A DNA stretch of 64,000 nucleotides from Anaerolineae bacterium (GTDB lineage Bacteria > Chloroflexota > Anaerolineae > B4-G1 > SLSP01), in the NCBI GenBank assembly GCA_034437215.1, contig DAOTVC010000076.1, positions 27,439 to 91,438 of the forward strand, written 5' to 3'. The translations under genes were made by a program, and so were the position numbers. Positions 39,705 through 48,581 of the stretch are shown in pieces (position 1 is the first letter of the stretch; the number at the start of each line of letters is the position of its first letter). The notes below the pieces were generated by a model. That model had not been told where the DNA came from, did no database searches, and saw nothing but the letters and a program-made list of their open reading frames with translations.

Positions 39705-39959
39705 CTACACCTCCCTTGCCAGATACCAGGCGTTCAGCTGCACGTCCTGAAAGAGGTCGAACTTGCCCTCGGCGCAGCGAACGCGGAAGAAGTGACGGGC
39801 ATCCCGCCCTCCCCTGTGCGTCTCCGTCCAGGCCTCCTCGACCGCGTGGACGTCGTATCGCTGCCCCCGCCACATAAAGCGACGGGGGAAGTAGTTGTGG
39901 CGGCGCGCCAGCAGTTCGATGGGCTCGGGACGCGCGCGTTTCAAGAATGCCAGGCTCAT
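39705..39959 (-). CDS. Small hypothetical protein A (84 aa), third gene of the FtsK-like operon.
   Basis: GGGAGGTGAATC-ATG RBS; start overlaps the stop of the upstream membrane protein (ATGA). Confidence 0.55.
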   Translation of the reverse strand: MSLAFLKRARPEPIELLARRHNYFPRRFMWRGQRYDVHAVEEAWTETHRGGRDARHFFRVRCAEGKFDLFQDVQLNAWYLAREV

Positions 39960-40363
39960 GATTCACCTCCCACGATGGTGAACTTGCGCTCGGACGAGGC
40001 GGGGGCCCAGCCGGGCGCGCTCTCTTTCTCCAAAGCCGGATAAGGGGCGGGCCCGTAGCCCCCCGAGTAGCCGGGCATCGCCGGCGGCGCCACGACCACC
40101 ACCTGGGGCATCGTGTGGGCCGGCTCCGCGCTCAGGCGACGCTCGTCCCGGCGCAGCTCCTGACGGCGCCAGACCATGAAGAGGATGAGGACGGAGGGGG
40201 TCATGACCGCTACCCCGGCTCCCAGACCTACCAGAATGGCCAGTGCGTCATTGCTGAGCCGCTGGGTGACGATGACCGTCGTCGTGATCACACAGACGAT
40301 TCCCATAAGGGTGACGAAGTATCCGATACGTTTGCCAAGGGGTGGGCGCTCTGCTCTTTCCAT
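39956..40363 (-). CDS. Small membrane protein (135 aa, 2 predicted TM helices, Pro/Gly-rich C-terminal tail).
   Basis: Two hydrophobic segments. GGGAGA RBS in the 12-nt gap after the FtsK-like gene. Confidence 0.55.
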   Translation of the reverse strand: MERAERPPLGKRIGYFVTLMGIVCVITTTVIVTQRLSNDALAILVGLGAGVAVMTPSVLILFMVWRRQELRRDERRLSAEPAHTMPQVVVVAPPAMPGYSGGYGPAPYPALEKESAPGWAPASSERKFTIVGGES

Positions 40364-40375
40364 CGCTATCTCCCG

Positions 40376-41497
40376 TTATCTGCCTCCGACCGCCGCTCGT
40401 GCATCGACGAGGGCGGGGTAGTGAGGACGCGGAAGGGCTCGGGGAGGCGGGGGTTGAAGATCTGCGACCTCACGGCGTATCTCTTTTTCATCGACAAAGG
40501 CGGCCTGGAAGCGGATGGGCGATCCACCCCCGACGGCCAGGAAGTCACCACGGCCGTCGAGTAGGTGGGCATCGGTCCCGCCCCGCCCGGCAGCCACCAG
40601 GGCATCGTTGGAGGAGGTCACCTTCCCCACCAGACGCAGGGGGAAGTTGGCCCGCATCAGCCCGCCGAGGAGGGCGGAGGAGGGACGCTGGGTTGCGGCA
40701 ACGATATGGATGCCCGCCTCCCTCCCCCGCTGTGTCAGGCGCGTCAACGACTGGGTGATCTCCTTGCCGGCGGTTCCGTTGCCGCTGGCGTGGCTCTCCC
40801 CCTGGAGGATGAGGTCGGCGAGTTCGTCGATGAGCAGGACGATGTGGGGGCGGCTCTCCGCCCGGCGATCCCGAATCTCCATGGCGTGCAGGAGCGAGTG
40901 CAGGGCCTCGAGGGTCTCGCCCACCTCGGTGATGGGCGGGCGTAGGAGGTGCGGCGCCCCTTTGAAGGCCTTGAAGACGCGCCCCTTGGGGTCGAGGCAC
41001 ATGATGCGCAGCGTCTCGGGCGGGTGGGTCAGGATGAGCGAGAGGGCGATGGTCTTCAGGAGCACCGACTTGCCCGAGCCCGTCGTTCCGGCGATAAGGA
41101 TGTGCGCCACCTCGGGCGAGGAGAGGCGGGCCAGCAGCGGCACCCCCTCGTCGGTGAGCCCCAGAAGGGCCGTCGCCTCCGGCAGCGAACCCACGTCGGG
41201 CAGCAGGTTGAACAGGGTCACGGGCCGGGGTTCGGGGTTGGGGAACTCCAGGACCACCCCCTCACTGCCGCGTCCCACCCGGATGGCGGGTACACGGAGG
41301 GCCAGGGCCAGGTCGTCGGCCAGGCTGCGGATGGAGGAGAAGCGGATGTGGGGTGCGGGGTCGAGAAAGAAGCGAATCAGGCGCGGTCCGACCGTCCCTC
41401 CGGTGACTCGCCCCGGTGCCTTGTGGGCGGCGAGCACGGATTCTATACGGTCTGACTGAGCCTCTAGATAGATGCGCAGGGGTTGACGACGCGACAT
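40376..41497 (-). CDS. FtsK/SpoIIIE-family ATPase, motor alpha+beta domains only (no membrane anchor, no gamma/KOPS-binding domain); SftA-like soluble translocase candidate.
   Basis: Alpha-domain pattern (RSLADDLALALRVPAIRVG...) then Walker A IAGTTGSGKS, Walker B IVLLIDELADL, and ATQRPS/VGKVTS motifs. Start chosen at Met3 (MSRRQ...), 7 nt after a GGAGG RBS. Confidence 0.8.
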   Translation of the reverse strand: MSRRQPLRIYLEAQSDRIESVLAAHKAPGRVTGGTVGPRLIRFFLDPAPHIRFSSIRSLADDLALALRVPAIRVGRGSEGVVLEFPNPEPRPVTLFNLLPDVGSLPEATALLGLTDEGVPLLARLSSPEVAHILIAGTTGSGKSVLLKTIALSLILTHPPETLRIMCLDPKGRVFKAFKGAPHLLRPPITEVGETLEALHSLLHAMEIRDRRAESRPHIVLLIDELADLILQGESHASGNGTAGKEITQSLTRLTQRGREAGIHIVAATQRPSSALLGGLMRANFPLRLVGKVTSSNDALVAAGRGGTDAHLLDGRGDFLAVGGGSPIRFQAAFVDEKEIRREVADLQPPPPRALPRPHYPALVDARAAVGGR

Positions 41498-41520
41498 GGA
41501 CATACCTCCGGTGCGGGTCT

Positions 41521-41532
41521 TGAACGTATGTT
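41521..41532. promoter_or_regulatory. Putative LexA (Cheo-type) box GAACGTATGTTC overlapping the predicted transcription start of the FtsK-like operon.
   Basis: GAAC-N4-GTTC palindrome, 8 nt downstream of the -10 element and 24-35 nt upstream of the ATG. Confidence 0.6.
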
Positions 41533-41540
41533 CTAATTGT

Positions 41541-41569
41541 AATTATAGAACAAGCGTGCTACTGTGTCA
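41541..41569 (-). promoter_or_regulatory. Consensus sigma-A promoter for the FtsK-like operon (TTGACA-17 nt-TATAAT on the minus strand).
   Basis: Minus-strand reading: cTTGACAcagtagcacgcttgttcTATAATtacaattaGAACATACGTTC...GGAGGtatgtccATG. Confidence 0.65.
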
Positions 41570-41685
41570 AGAGGGAAGCCGCACTTTGAAACGCTTTCGT
41601 TACGCAAGCAGGGAGACTTGTGTGGGAGGGGCCTGCTGCTACAATATCTCTGTCACCACATGATTTCACCACAGAGGGAGGTAGC

Positions 41686-42423
41686 ATGTCAGACCGTTAC
41701 ACACGTCACGTCATCATACCGGAGATTGGTGTGTCTGGGCAGGCGCGCCTGCGCCAGGCGCGCGTGCTGGTTGTGGGGGCCGGGGGATTGGGTTCTCCGG
41801 TGCTCTTCTATCTCGCGGCCGCCGGTGTGGGAACCTTGGGCGTCGCCGACGATGACAAAATAGCCCCTTCCAACCTCAACCGCCAGATCCTCTACGAGGT
41901 CGACGATGTGGGGCGCAGCAAGGCTCTGACCGCCGTCCAACGGCTCCGGGCTTTCAACCCCGAGATCCGCGCCGTCCCCCACGAGATCCGGGTGCTGGAG
42001 GACAACGGGCTGCCTCTGGTCCAGCAGTACGAGGTCATCGTCGAGGCCAGCGACAATCTGGCGACCAAGGATCTGATGAACGAGCTCTGCGTGGAAGCGG
42101 GCCTCCCCCTCGTCTGGGCGGGGGTGCAGCGCTTCGAGGGGCAGATGGGCGTCTACCTGCCGGGACACGGCTGCCGCCGTTGTCTGATGGAGGAGACCCC
42201 CGAGCCGGGGGTTTATCCCACGGCGAAGGAGTTGGGGACGTTGGGGGCGACGGCGGGGGTCATCGGCTCCCTGCAGGCCGTGGAGGTGATCAAGATCCTG
42301 CTCGGTATCGGAGAGCCTCTGACCGACCGGATGTTATATTGGGAGGGGCTCGGCGCGACCTTTGTCGTCGGTAAGTTCGCGAAGCGGCCTGACTGTCCCG
42401 TCTGCGGTGTGCGAGAGGCCTAG
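41686..42423 (+). CDS. moeB: Molybdopterin-synthase adenylyltransferase MoeB/ThiF-family E1-like enzyme.
   Basis: VLVVGAGGLGSP nucleotide motif; C-terminal CxxC...CxxC; GAGGGAGG RBS. Confidence 0.85.
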   Translation: MSDRYTRHVIIPEIGVSGQARLRQARVLVVGAGGLGSPVLFYLAAAGVGTLGVADDDKIAPSNLNRQILYEVDDVGRSKALTAVQRLRAFNPEIRAVPHEIRVLEDNGLPLVQQYEVIVEASDNLATKDLMNELCVEAGLPLVWAGVQRFEGQMGVYLPGHGCRRCLMEETPEPGVYPTAKELGTLGATAGVIGSLQAVEVIKILLGIGEPLTDRMLYWEGLGATFVVGKFAKRPDCPVCGVREA

Positions 42424-42492
42424 AAAGAGTGTTCTGGCCTCAAAGCACCGGGCCCCGCAACCTGCGGGGCCCGTCTCTTTACGTGGTGAAAA

Positions 42493-43674
42493 TCAGAAGT
42501 TATGCTCCGGGGAGAAGACGTAGCCCCCCTCAACCTCTTCGGTGGGAGTATCCAGAGGCACCATCTGGAACCAGCTGTTTCCCGGCTTGAGCGGGATGGG
42601 GTTGCCGTGGGCGTCCCAGAAGGTGAGCATCTGATCGCGCGCCTCCCGCCGCCACCAGCCCTGGATCATCTTGCCGTCGCGGAAGACCAGCACGGGCCCC
42701 GAACCCCAGATCTGGACCTCGATGGACATGTGCCCACCGCCCCAGATGTCCTCCAGGATGTCCGTCTCCAGGTGGTTGGCGAAGACGACGACGACGTTGG
42801 CCGCCGAGACCTGCTCGCCGGTGAGGGCGTCGCGGTGGGCGGCGCCCGCCGTCTCCCGCATCCAGCGCCCCGTTTCAGCATCGTAGGTCCATTCTGCCGT
42901 GCAGACGTTGGCCAGGTAGATGATATCGAAGAAGTCTACGTCTGCAGCACCTGCCGGTGGAGCCTCGCTGAAGTGCATGTTGGCAGGGTAGTCCGGGCGC
43001 TTGTCGATGCCGTGGTCCGTCGCGTACTCCCGCAGTGCCTCTAGATCGACGTAGAGGGTGTGCTCGAAGGCCTTGCCCTCCTCGGGAACACGGTAGAAGT
43101 AGGGCTGCCCCTGCCCGAAGTCGGGAGAGGCGACCTGATTGGGGAAGAGGTCGGAGGCGCGGAAACGCTGCTTCACGCCGCCGCTCATCCCCGAGAAGGC
43201 GAAGAGGGCGTCGTACATCGCCGGGATCTCCAGGTCGATGAGGCGCCCGCTGCGCACCGAGCCGGCGCGCTCGGGGTAGGTGTCGTAGAAGACGGCGGTA
43301 AAGCGGGTGATGCCCCCCTCGGCGAAGTGTTCGAAGAGCAGATCGGCGGAGTTGAGGCCCGCCTGGGGCCGTACCTCTGGCGAGTTGGAGATCTTGACCG
43401 CCAGGGGCGCGTGCTCCAACATCTCCGGATCATCCACCTGCTCGCCGGTGAGCGGATTGACGTCGGGCGGGAAGGGCGTCGCCTCCGCCGTCTCCGGTAC
43501 GGGTTCAGGGGTGGCGGTGAAGGTCGGGGTCGGGGTCGGGAAGGGGGTCGCGGTGGCCACCACCGTCGGGGTGCGGGTGGCCGTGGGCGTGGCCATGGGG
43601 GTGGGAGAGCCACACCCGCTCAACGCCAGGGTGAGAACAACCAGCAGTCCGAGCAGCGTTCGTTGGGTCCACAT
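42493..43674 (-). CDS. DUF3048-family lipoprotein (YerB-like) with Thr/Pro-rich linker.
   Basis: Start at MWTQRTLLGLLVVLTLALSGCGS (lipobox) with a GGAGGAGAAAAC RBS; the family assignment is by pattern and is inference. A TTGACG-16 nt-TATAAT promoter lies upstream at about 43723-43751. Confidence 0.7.
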   Translation of the reverse strand: MWTQRTLLGLLVVLTLALSGCGSPTPMATPTATRTPTVVATATPFPTPTPTFTATPEPVPETAEATPFPPDVNPLTGEQVDDPEMLEHAPLAVKISNSPEVRPQAGLNSADLLFEHFAEGGITRFTAVFYDTYPERAGSVRSGRLIDLEIPAMYDALFAFSGMSGGVKQRFRASDLFPNQVASPDFGQGQPYFYRVPEEGKAFEHTLYVDLEALREYATDHGIDKRPDYPANMHFSEAPPAGAADVDFFDIIYLANVCTAEWTYDAETGRWMRETAGAAHRDALTGEQVSAANVVVVFANHLETDILEDIWGGGHMSIEVQIWGSGPVLVFRDGKMIQGWWRREARDQMLTFWDAHGNPIPLKPGNSWFQMVPLDTPTEEVEGGYVFSPEHNF

Positions 43675-43794
43675 GAGTTTTCTCCTCCAAGAGACAGGGT
43701 ATAAGGATGGGGTTATTATAGAAAGGGGCGCCCTTTCGTCAATCCCCACGCGCCTGCCGCAGCTCCTTGGGGGGCGAGCGGCGGCAGGCCACGC

Positions 43795-44175
43795 TTACAG
43801 GGTCGGATGGTACTGGATGGTGGTTCGCAGGCGACTGGGCATGGGACGTCGCTTGGGCAGATCAAGGGGGCCGAAGGGGGTCCGGAGCGGCAGCTCGATG
43901 TCCAGATCGTGCATGAAAAAGAGCAGGCGGGTCTTCTCGTGCTCCTCCAGGGGGCGCTGGAAGGTGTCCCCGATCATCAGCGTGCCCTCCGGGTTGAGGT
44001 AGCGCACGTCCTCGGCGACAGGCCACGCCTCCGGGGGTTCGCCGGGCTGCGGCTGGTGAAAGGCGCCTACGTCGATCTCCCGGTAGGGTGCGTCCACAAT
44101 CAGCTCCACCATCGACACCCCCTTGTGCTCCAAGACGGGATAGATGCCCACAACTTCGATCTCTGCCTCCGGCAT
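43795..44175 (-). CDS. Hypothetical protein (126 aa).
   Basis: Start at MPEAEIEVVG with a perfect GGGAGGTAACC RBS; adjacent (3 nt) to the upstream gene. Confidence 0.5.
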   Translation of the reverse strand: MPEAEIEVVGIYPVLEHKGVSMVELIVDAPYREIDVGAFHQPQPGEPPEAWPVAEDVRYLNPEGTLMIGDTFQRPLEEHEKTRLLFFMHDLDIELPLRTPFGPLDLPKRRPMPSRLRTTIQYHPTL

Positions 44176-44177
44176 GG

Positions 44178-45704
44178 TTACCTCCCTAGAATGTACTGTA
44201 GAATGAGCGTGTCGGTCAGCAGCTCCACCGGTGCCTTGTCGTCGGTGAAGACCCTCTCGGCGGCGGAGACCTCGATGAGCGCGCTCCGGGTCCACTCCAG
44301 CACCGTGCGCAGGTGGGGCTCCTCGACGAGCGCGAGATTGGCGGTCAGGTTCTCCACCGTCGAGGGCTGCACCGTCGCCACGACGATGGCGTTGAAGGAC
44401 TCGGGCACGGTGATGACGTGGACGGAGGGGAAGACCTCCTGCATCGTCGCCACGAGCACCTCCACCAGGCGCCAGTCGTCGGGGGTGTGGCCCACGTTGA
44501 TGGCGACTACGCCCTCCTCCGTCAGGCGCTCCCGAATCTCGGCGAAGAACTCCACCGTCGTCAGGTGCCAGGGGATGTAGGGCAGCCGGTAGGCGTCCAC
44601 CGCGACGACGTCGTAGCGGGCCGTCGTCTGCCGGAGAAAGGCGCGTCCGTCGACGGCGTGCGTCTCCAGGTTGGGCTGGACCATCCCGAAGTACTCCCGG
44701 CCCACCTCGATGATCGCCGGATCGATCTCCACGCCGTCGATGGGGATGGGGCCGAAGATCTCCGTGTACTGATCGGGGATGGTCCCCGCTGCCAGCCCCA
44801 CGACGAGCAGATTGTCCACCGCCTCCGGTGGATGGGGCGGTGGATTGAAGAAGGGGGCGGCGAGGAAGAAGTCCCAGGTCCCTCCCGTAAGGATATACGT
44901 GGGCAGGTAGATGGAGTGGATGCCCTCACCCTCGTTGAGGAGCAGCAGGCGCGCCCCGTGCTGGTTCTCCACCACCTGGATGAAGTTGTAGGTCGATTCC
45001 TCTTCGTAGATCAGGCCCTGCCGCGGGCGAATGGTACCCGGGGGAAGCAGCATCAGGGCCAGGATGAGCAGCGCCGACCATGCCAGAAGGTAGAAGCGGC
45101 GGCGATCGTAGCGCCAGAGCCCCCAGAGCCCCGTGAGGGTCGTGACGAGGGCCAGGAGGAGGAAGGTGCGCCGGGTCCCCAGCAGGGGGATGAGAACGAG
45201 GTTCGGCAGGAAGGTGCCCAGGAAGCTGCCGAGGGTGGAGATGGCATAGATACGCCCGCTGGTGACGCCGGAGAGCTGCAGGTCGGTGAGGGCCAGGCGG
45301 ATGACGAAGGGGGAGACGAAGGCGAGCAGCGTCACGGGCACGGCGAAGAGCAGGAGCACCGCCAGCAGGGGGCCGGCGACCAGGCCGGCGTTCAGCGAGG
45401 CCATGCCCTCGGCGGCCACCTGCAGAACGGGACGGGCCAGGAAGGGGACGGTGGCGATGGCGGCGCCCGCTCCCACGAGGATGGTGTAGAGGGCGGCGGG
45501 ATAGGGGAAGCGATCGGCGATGCTGCCCCCCCAGGCATAGCCCACGGAGAGGTAAAGCAGGATCAGGCCGATGATGGCCGTCCAGACCAGCTCCGAGGTT
45601 CCGAAGGTGGGGGCCAACAGCCGGGCCGCAGCCAGCTCCAGAGCCAGGGAGACGAGCCCGCCGACGAAGGCGGTGACGTAGAGGCGCAGGGCAGTACTCT
45701 TCAT
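44178..45704 (-). CDS. Membrane-bound spermidine-synthase-like protein (N-terminal ~7-TM domain fused to a SpeE-type aminopropyltransferase/methyltransferase-fold domain).
   Basis: Hydrophobic N-terminal half; C-terminal VLVVGLAAGT...VVAVDAY spermidine-synthase-like pattern. Confidence 0.75.
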   Translation of the reverse strand: MKSTALRLYVTAFVGGLVSLALELAAARLLAPTFGTSELVWTAIIGLILLYLSVGYAWGGSIADRFPYPAALYTILVGAGAAIATVPFLARPVLQVAAEGMASLNAGLVAGPLLAVLLLFAVPVTLLAFVSPFVIRLALTDLQLSGVTSGRIYAISTLGSFLGTFLPNLVLIPLLGTRRTFLLLALVTTLTGLWGLWRYDRRRFYLLAWSALLILALMLLPPGTIRPRQGLIYEEESTYNFIQVVENQHGARLLLLNEGEGIHSIYLPTYILTGGTWDFFLAAPFFNPPPHPPEAVDNLLVVGLAAGTIPDQYTEIFGPIPIDGVEIDPAIIEVGREYFGMVQPNLETHAVDGRAFLRQTTARYDVVAVDAYRLPYIPWHLTTVEFFAEIRERLTEEGVVAINVGHTPDDWRLVEVLVATMQEVFPSVHVITVPESFNAIVVATVQPSTVENLTANLALVEEPHLRTVLEWTRSALIEVSAAERVFTDDKAPVELLTDTLILQYILGR

Positions 45705-45842
45705 GGGCAAACAACTCTCCGATCCCGACCCTCGTCCAATCCGGTGGCGCGAGGGCGTCACTAGAAGCAACGATACAGCTTCAGGGATCGATAGTAACCG
45801 AAGTTGCGGGATAAGGCAAGTGCTCTTCTGAGCTGCTCCCGG

Positions 45843-46499
45843 CTATTCGAGCTCCCGAATGACCAGCACGACCTTGCCCTGCACGTGGACGTGCTTGGCG
45901 GGCACCGGGATGGGCTCCATCGTGGGATTGGCGGGGATCAGAGTGACCTGATCGCCGTCGCGGCGGTAGTACTTGAGGGTCATCTCGTCGCGGTCGTCCA
46001 GCCAGACCGCTGCCATCTCTCCGTTGTTCACCTCTTCCTGCTTGCAGAGGACGACGAGGTCGCCGTCACGGACGAGGGCGTCGATCATGGAGTTCCCCTT
46101 GACCTTGAGGGCGAAGAGGTCGGAGACGTCGCGATTGAGGAGCGCACGGCTCACCTCCACCGTCTCCGTGCCGGGCAGGCTCTCGGAGCTCAGCGGGAGA
46201 CCCGCCACGATCTGTCCCAGAAAGGGGATGGAGACCAGCGCGCGCTCTTCCTCCGGCTCCATCTCCGGCTCGGGCTCCTCTTCCTCCACGAGAAGGCGGA
46301 TGCCCCGGGAGACGGAGCGCTCGCGCACGATATACTCGTGGGCCTCTAACTGGTCAAGGTAGTAGGTGACGTGGGACGTGGAGGAGATGCCGACGGCCTT
46401 GCCGATCTCACGGACGGTGGGGGGATAGCCGTTTGTGCCCAGATAGCGTTCGATGAACTCCAACATCTGTCGGGGGCGCTCTTTCAACTCTGCTGTCAT
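45843..46499 (-). CDS. lexA: LexA repressor (S24 peptidase).
   Basis: N-terminal wHTH; AG cleavage site region; GNSM and KQEE catalytic Ser/Lys motifs. Confidence 0.9.
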   Translation of the reverse strand: MTAELKERPRQMLEFIERYLGTNGYPPTVREIGKAVGISSTSHVTYYLDQLEAHEYIVRERSVSRGIRLLVEEEEPEPEMEPEEERALVSIPFLGQIVAGLPLSSESLPGTETVEVSRALLNRDVSDLFALKVKGNSMIDALVRDGDLVVLCKQEEVNNGEMAAVWLDDRDEMTLKYYRRDGDQVTLIPANPTMEPIPVPAKHVHVQGKVVLVIRELE

Positions 46500-46544
46500 C
46501 GCCTAGACCTCCCTGGTTAACCCAAGTAACCCAAAACTATCCCA

Positions 46545-46573
46545 ATTATATTCGAACATTTGTTCGGTGTCAA
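46545..46573 (-). promoter_or_regulatory. lexA promoter: TTGACA-17 nt-TATAAT, with a Cheo-type LexA box (CGAACAAATGTTCG, 46553-46566) occupying the spacer.
   Basis: Minus-strand reading: cTTGACAccgaacaaatgttcgaaTATAATtggg...GGGAGGtctaggcgATG. Confidence 0.8.
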
Positions 46574-46600
46574 GTGTTCTATATTTGGTTTTCGTGGGGT

Positions 46601-46682
46601 GCTCTGGCTGTACGCTGCAAGGGCACAGCCAGAGCTAGAGCTAGGGGGAGTGGGCAGCGGCAACGCCGCTGCCCACTCCCCC
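46601..46682. other. Two consecutive strong hairpins in the lexA-pepA divergent region (11-bp stem at 46601-46635; 18-bp perfect stem with 3-nt loop at 46644-46682).
   Basis: gctctggctgt...acagccagagc and gggggagtgggcagcggc-aac-gccgctgcccactccccc, read directly; no adjacent U-tract. Confidence 0.7.
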
Positions 46683-46885
46683 TAAAATAGCCCCCTGCCC
46701 GGGTATAGAACAGGAAATAGGAAAAAGGGAGAGCGGCCCTCAGAGGATCGTCGTGTAAGGGGTACACCACCTGCACGGTGGATCCGTCGAAGGTGATAAA
46801 GATAACTTGCTCTTTCTCCGAAAAGCCTTACCATAGATAGTGTTATCCTACTCTGCCTAATTCGTAGTCTCAAGGGAGGCCTTGC

Positions 46886-48397
46886 ATGCAGGTCGAAGTC
46901 ATCAGCGGTGAGATTCAGGCCCAGGAGTCCCCCGCCCTGGTCGTCAACCTCTTCGAGGGGGTGAAGGAGCCCGGCGGCGCCACAGGCGCCGTGGACCGGG
47001 CCCTCGGGGGCGCCATCAGCGATCTCATAGCGGGGGGCGATTTCCGCGGCAGACGCCAGGAGATTGCCGTACTCTATCCTGCAGGGGTCATCCCTGCCCG
47101 GCGGATCATCCTCGTTGGTCTGGGCAAGGAGGAGAAGTTCGACGGCGAGGCCATCCGCCAGGCCGCCGCGGCGGCGGCGCAGCGCGCCCTCACCCTGGGA
47201 GCCACCACCATCCACACCGTCGTCCACGGGGCGGGTGCGGGAGGACGCTCCCCGGCGGAGGCTGCCCAGGCGGTGGTGGAGGGCACGCTGCTGGGCCTCT
47301 ACCGCTTCGACGAGTTGAAGACCCAGCAGGAGGAGGAGCGCCCCGAGCTGGAGAGGCTCGTCCTCGTCGAGTTCGAGGCCTCGAAGCAGGAGGCGCTCGA
47401 GCAGGGCGCGCAGGCGGGTCAGATCGTCGCCGAGTCGGTCGCCCTCGCCCGGGATCTCGTGAACCGCCCCGCCAACGTCGCCTCCCCAGCCCACATCGCC
47501 GACGTGGCGGAGAAGATGGCGAAGGAGACCGGGCTGGGCGCGCAGATCCTCGAGAGGGATGAGATGGAGGAGCGGGGCATGCGCCTCCTGCTCAGCGTCA
47601 ACCAGGGGGGTGGCGAGGCCGCCAAACTGGTGATCCTCGAACATAACGCCGACCGCCGGGATCTGCCCACCGTGGCGCTCGTGGGGAAGGGCATCACCTT
47701 CGACACCGGGGGCATCTCCCTCAAGCCCAGCGCCAGCATGGAGAAGATGAAGGGGGACATGGGCGGCGCAGCAGCCGTCATCGGCGCCATGCGGGCCATC
47801 GCCCTCCTCGACCTGCCCCTGCGGGTCGTCGCGCTGACACCCCTCACCGAGAACATGCCCGATGCCCTGGCGACCAAGCCCGGGGACGTCATCAAGTCCC
47901 TCAAGGGGCTCACCGTGGAGATCATCAACACCGACGCCGAGGGGCGCCTCATCCTCGCCGACGCCCTCACCTATGCCGGGGAGTTCGAGCCCGAGGCGAT
48001 CTTCGACATCGCCACCCTGACAGGCGGGCGGATCATCGCTCTGGGCGCGCACGCCGCCGCCGTCATGGGTGACGAGGCGCTGGTCCGGCGCTTGGAGGCA
48101 GCGGGCGAGGCCACCTTCGAGCGGGTCTGGGAGCTACCGCTCTTCGAGGAGTACGGTGACTATCTCAAGAGCGACGTCGCGGACATCAGAAACGTCGGCA
48201 CGCGGGAGGCCAGCAGCATCACCGCCGGCTACTTCCTCGGTGAGTTCCTGCCCGACGAGATCCCCTGGGCGCACATCGACATCGCAGGCCTGGGCTTGGT
48301 GGACAAGGAGCAGCCCTACACGCCCAAGGGGGCCACGGGCTACGGCGTGCGACTCCTGGTCGAGACCTTGCGGCGGTGGGACGCCCCTTCCGGGTAG
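46886..48397 (+). CDS. pepA: Leucyl aminopeptidase (M17 family).
   Basis: NTDAEGRL and VGKGITFDTGG M17 signatures; full length. AAGGGAGG RBS. Confidence 0.9.
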   Translation: MQVEVISGEIQAQESPALVVNLFEGVKEPGGATGAVDRALGGAISDLIAGGDFRGRRQEIAVLYPAGVIPARRIILVGLGKEEKFDGEAIRQAAAAAAQRALTLGATTIHTVVHGAGAGGRSPAEAAQAVVEGTLLGLYRFDELKTQQEEERPELERLVLVEFEASKQEALEQGAQAGQIVAESVALARDLVNRPANVASPAHIADVAEKMAKETGLGAQILERDEMEERGMRLLLSVNQGGGEAAKLVILEHNADRRDLPTVALVGKGITFDTGGISLKPSASMEKMKGDMGGAAAVIGAMRAIALLDLPLRVVALTPLTENMPDALATKPGDVIKSLKGLTVEIINTDAEGRLILADALTYAGEFEPEAIFDIATLTGGRIIALGAHAAAVMGDEALVRRLEAAGEATFERVWELPLFEEYGDYLKSDVADIRNVGTREASSITAGYFLGEFLPDEIPWAHIDIAGLGLVDKEQPYTPKGATGYGVRLLVETLRRWDAPSG

Positions 48398-48416
48398 ATC
48401 TCTACACAACAGCGAC

Positions 48417-48453
48417 GAGAGCGCTTCCCTGAAGGGAGGCGCTCTTCCATTTT
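48417..48453 (+). terminator. Rho-independent terminator after pepA (13-bp stem with wobble pairs, tgaa loop, followed by ccatttt).
   Basis: gagagcgcttccc-tgaa-gggaggcgctctt-ccatttt. Confidence 0.55.
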
Positions 48454-48581
48454 GGGGCAAGATAGCTCTCTACCGCTCCGCCACCGCTTCTCACCTGCAG
48501 AGCGCGCAGTTTCTAAGGCGTCGCTTTAATTTTTTCCACTTCCGGGTATACTGCAGGCAGAGCCCCTTTCGGGGCGTCTTT

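Noticed and set aside
39469-39959. The two tiny proteins of the FtsK-like operon as WXG100/Esx substrates of a type VII-like system.
   Set aside because: They show no central WxG in a helical hairpin (the only WVG is at the extreme C-terminus of protein B), no predicted helical bundle character, and no EssB/EsaA-like partners. The FtsK-like protein also lacks the multiple ATPase domains of EssC.
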